Assembly (NCBI RefSeq): GCF_001431705.1
Contig: NZ_LJWX01000002.1
Location: 563,352 to 587,351, forward strand
Origin: Ferrovum sp. JA12
GTDB lineage: Bacteria > Pseudomonadota > Gammaproteobacteria > Burkholderiales > Ferrovaceae
Direction: 5' to 3'
Length of the DNA: 24,000 bases
Of the stretch, positions 23,667-24,000 are shown one piece after another (position 1 is the first letter of the stretch; every line of letters begins with the position of its first letter). Under the pieces are notes generated by a model. It ran no database searches and was not told the origin of the DNA. It worked only from the letters and a program-made list of their open reading frames with translations. The position numbers were made by a program, and so were the translations under genes.

Positions 23667-24000
23667 ATGAAAAAGATGGCGATTATTGCCAGTAAGGGCA
23701 CCCTTGATATGGCTTATCCACCTTTTATCTTGGCTTCCACCGCAGCGGCCTTAGGCTTTGAAGTGAAGGTGTTTTTTACCTTCTATGGCTTGCAACTTCT
23801 TAAAAAAGATTTATCGGATGTGAAGCTCAGCCCTCTCGGTAACCCTGCTATGCCTATGCCACTCCCCATGCCATCCTTAGTACAGGTAATGCCTGGTATG
23901 GAGTCCATGGCTACCATGATGATGAAGGATAAGCTCAAGAAAAAAGGCGTAGCGAGTTTAGAGGAAATGCGTGATATGTGTCTTGAGGCGGAAGTGACCT
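23667..24000 (+). CDS. DsrE/DsrF-like family protein (3' end beyond the window)
   Basis: My translation is MKKMAIIASKGTLDMAYPPFILASTAAALGFEVKVFFTFYGLQLLKK... This is the typical DsrE-like N-terminus, next to a TusA-like gene. The ORF is open to the window edge and is not in the supplied ORF track. Confidence 0.65.
   Translation, partial: MKKMAIIASKGTLDMAYPPFILASTAAALGFEVKVFFTFYGLQLLKKDLSDVKLSPLGNPAMPMPLPMPSLVQVMPGMESMATMMMKDKLKKKGVASLEEMRDMCLEAEVT

Overview
The window has two parts. Positions 1 to ~13,950 are high-GC foreign DNA (about 60% by eye). Positions ~13,950 to 24,000 are a lower-GC host chromosome (about 40-45% by eye). The boundary lies inside a minus-strand tmRNA gene (ssrA, 13920..14284, tag peptide ANDDNYALAA). 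A perfect 17-bp piece of the tmRNA T-arm (13936..13952) recurs at 1710..1726, so it brackets a ~12.2 kb island. The island supplies the last 16 nt of the tmRNA and its terminator.

The island has no tyrosine integrase. It carries a translationally coupled module: small protein, DUF2924-like protein, large serine recombinase and an HTH accessory protein (8506..11029). Left of the island lies the right end of a second, related element. It repeats the accessory-gene 3' end (~80% nt identity to 10761..11010) and a 290-bp non-coding terminal region (1241..1530 vs 13636..13925, ~75% identity, no indels). Between these two conserved blocks each element holds different cargo. The left element has a GNAT/DUF1778 toxin-antitoxin pair. 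The complete island has AbiEi-AbiEii plus a coupled HExxH (Lit-like?) metalloprotease.

The left arm of the island holds an XRE-ImmA/IrrE plus PIN pair. It is followed, on the same strand, by three overlapping genes with no motif I recognise (4280..6512); these are my best candidate for an undescribed system. The left arm also holds an AlpA-like/unknown/BRO-N operon, a truncated wHTH regulator fused tail-to-tail to the truncated BRO gene, and a DUF3223-like gene at the island edge.

The host part looks ordinary: DEAD-box helicase, yggU-like gene, glcDEF, an EamA transporter, pirin, a frameshifted sfsA, qor, and tusA-like and DsrE-like genes. All family assignments come from motif recognition by eye. 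No database search was run.
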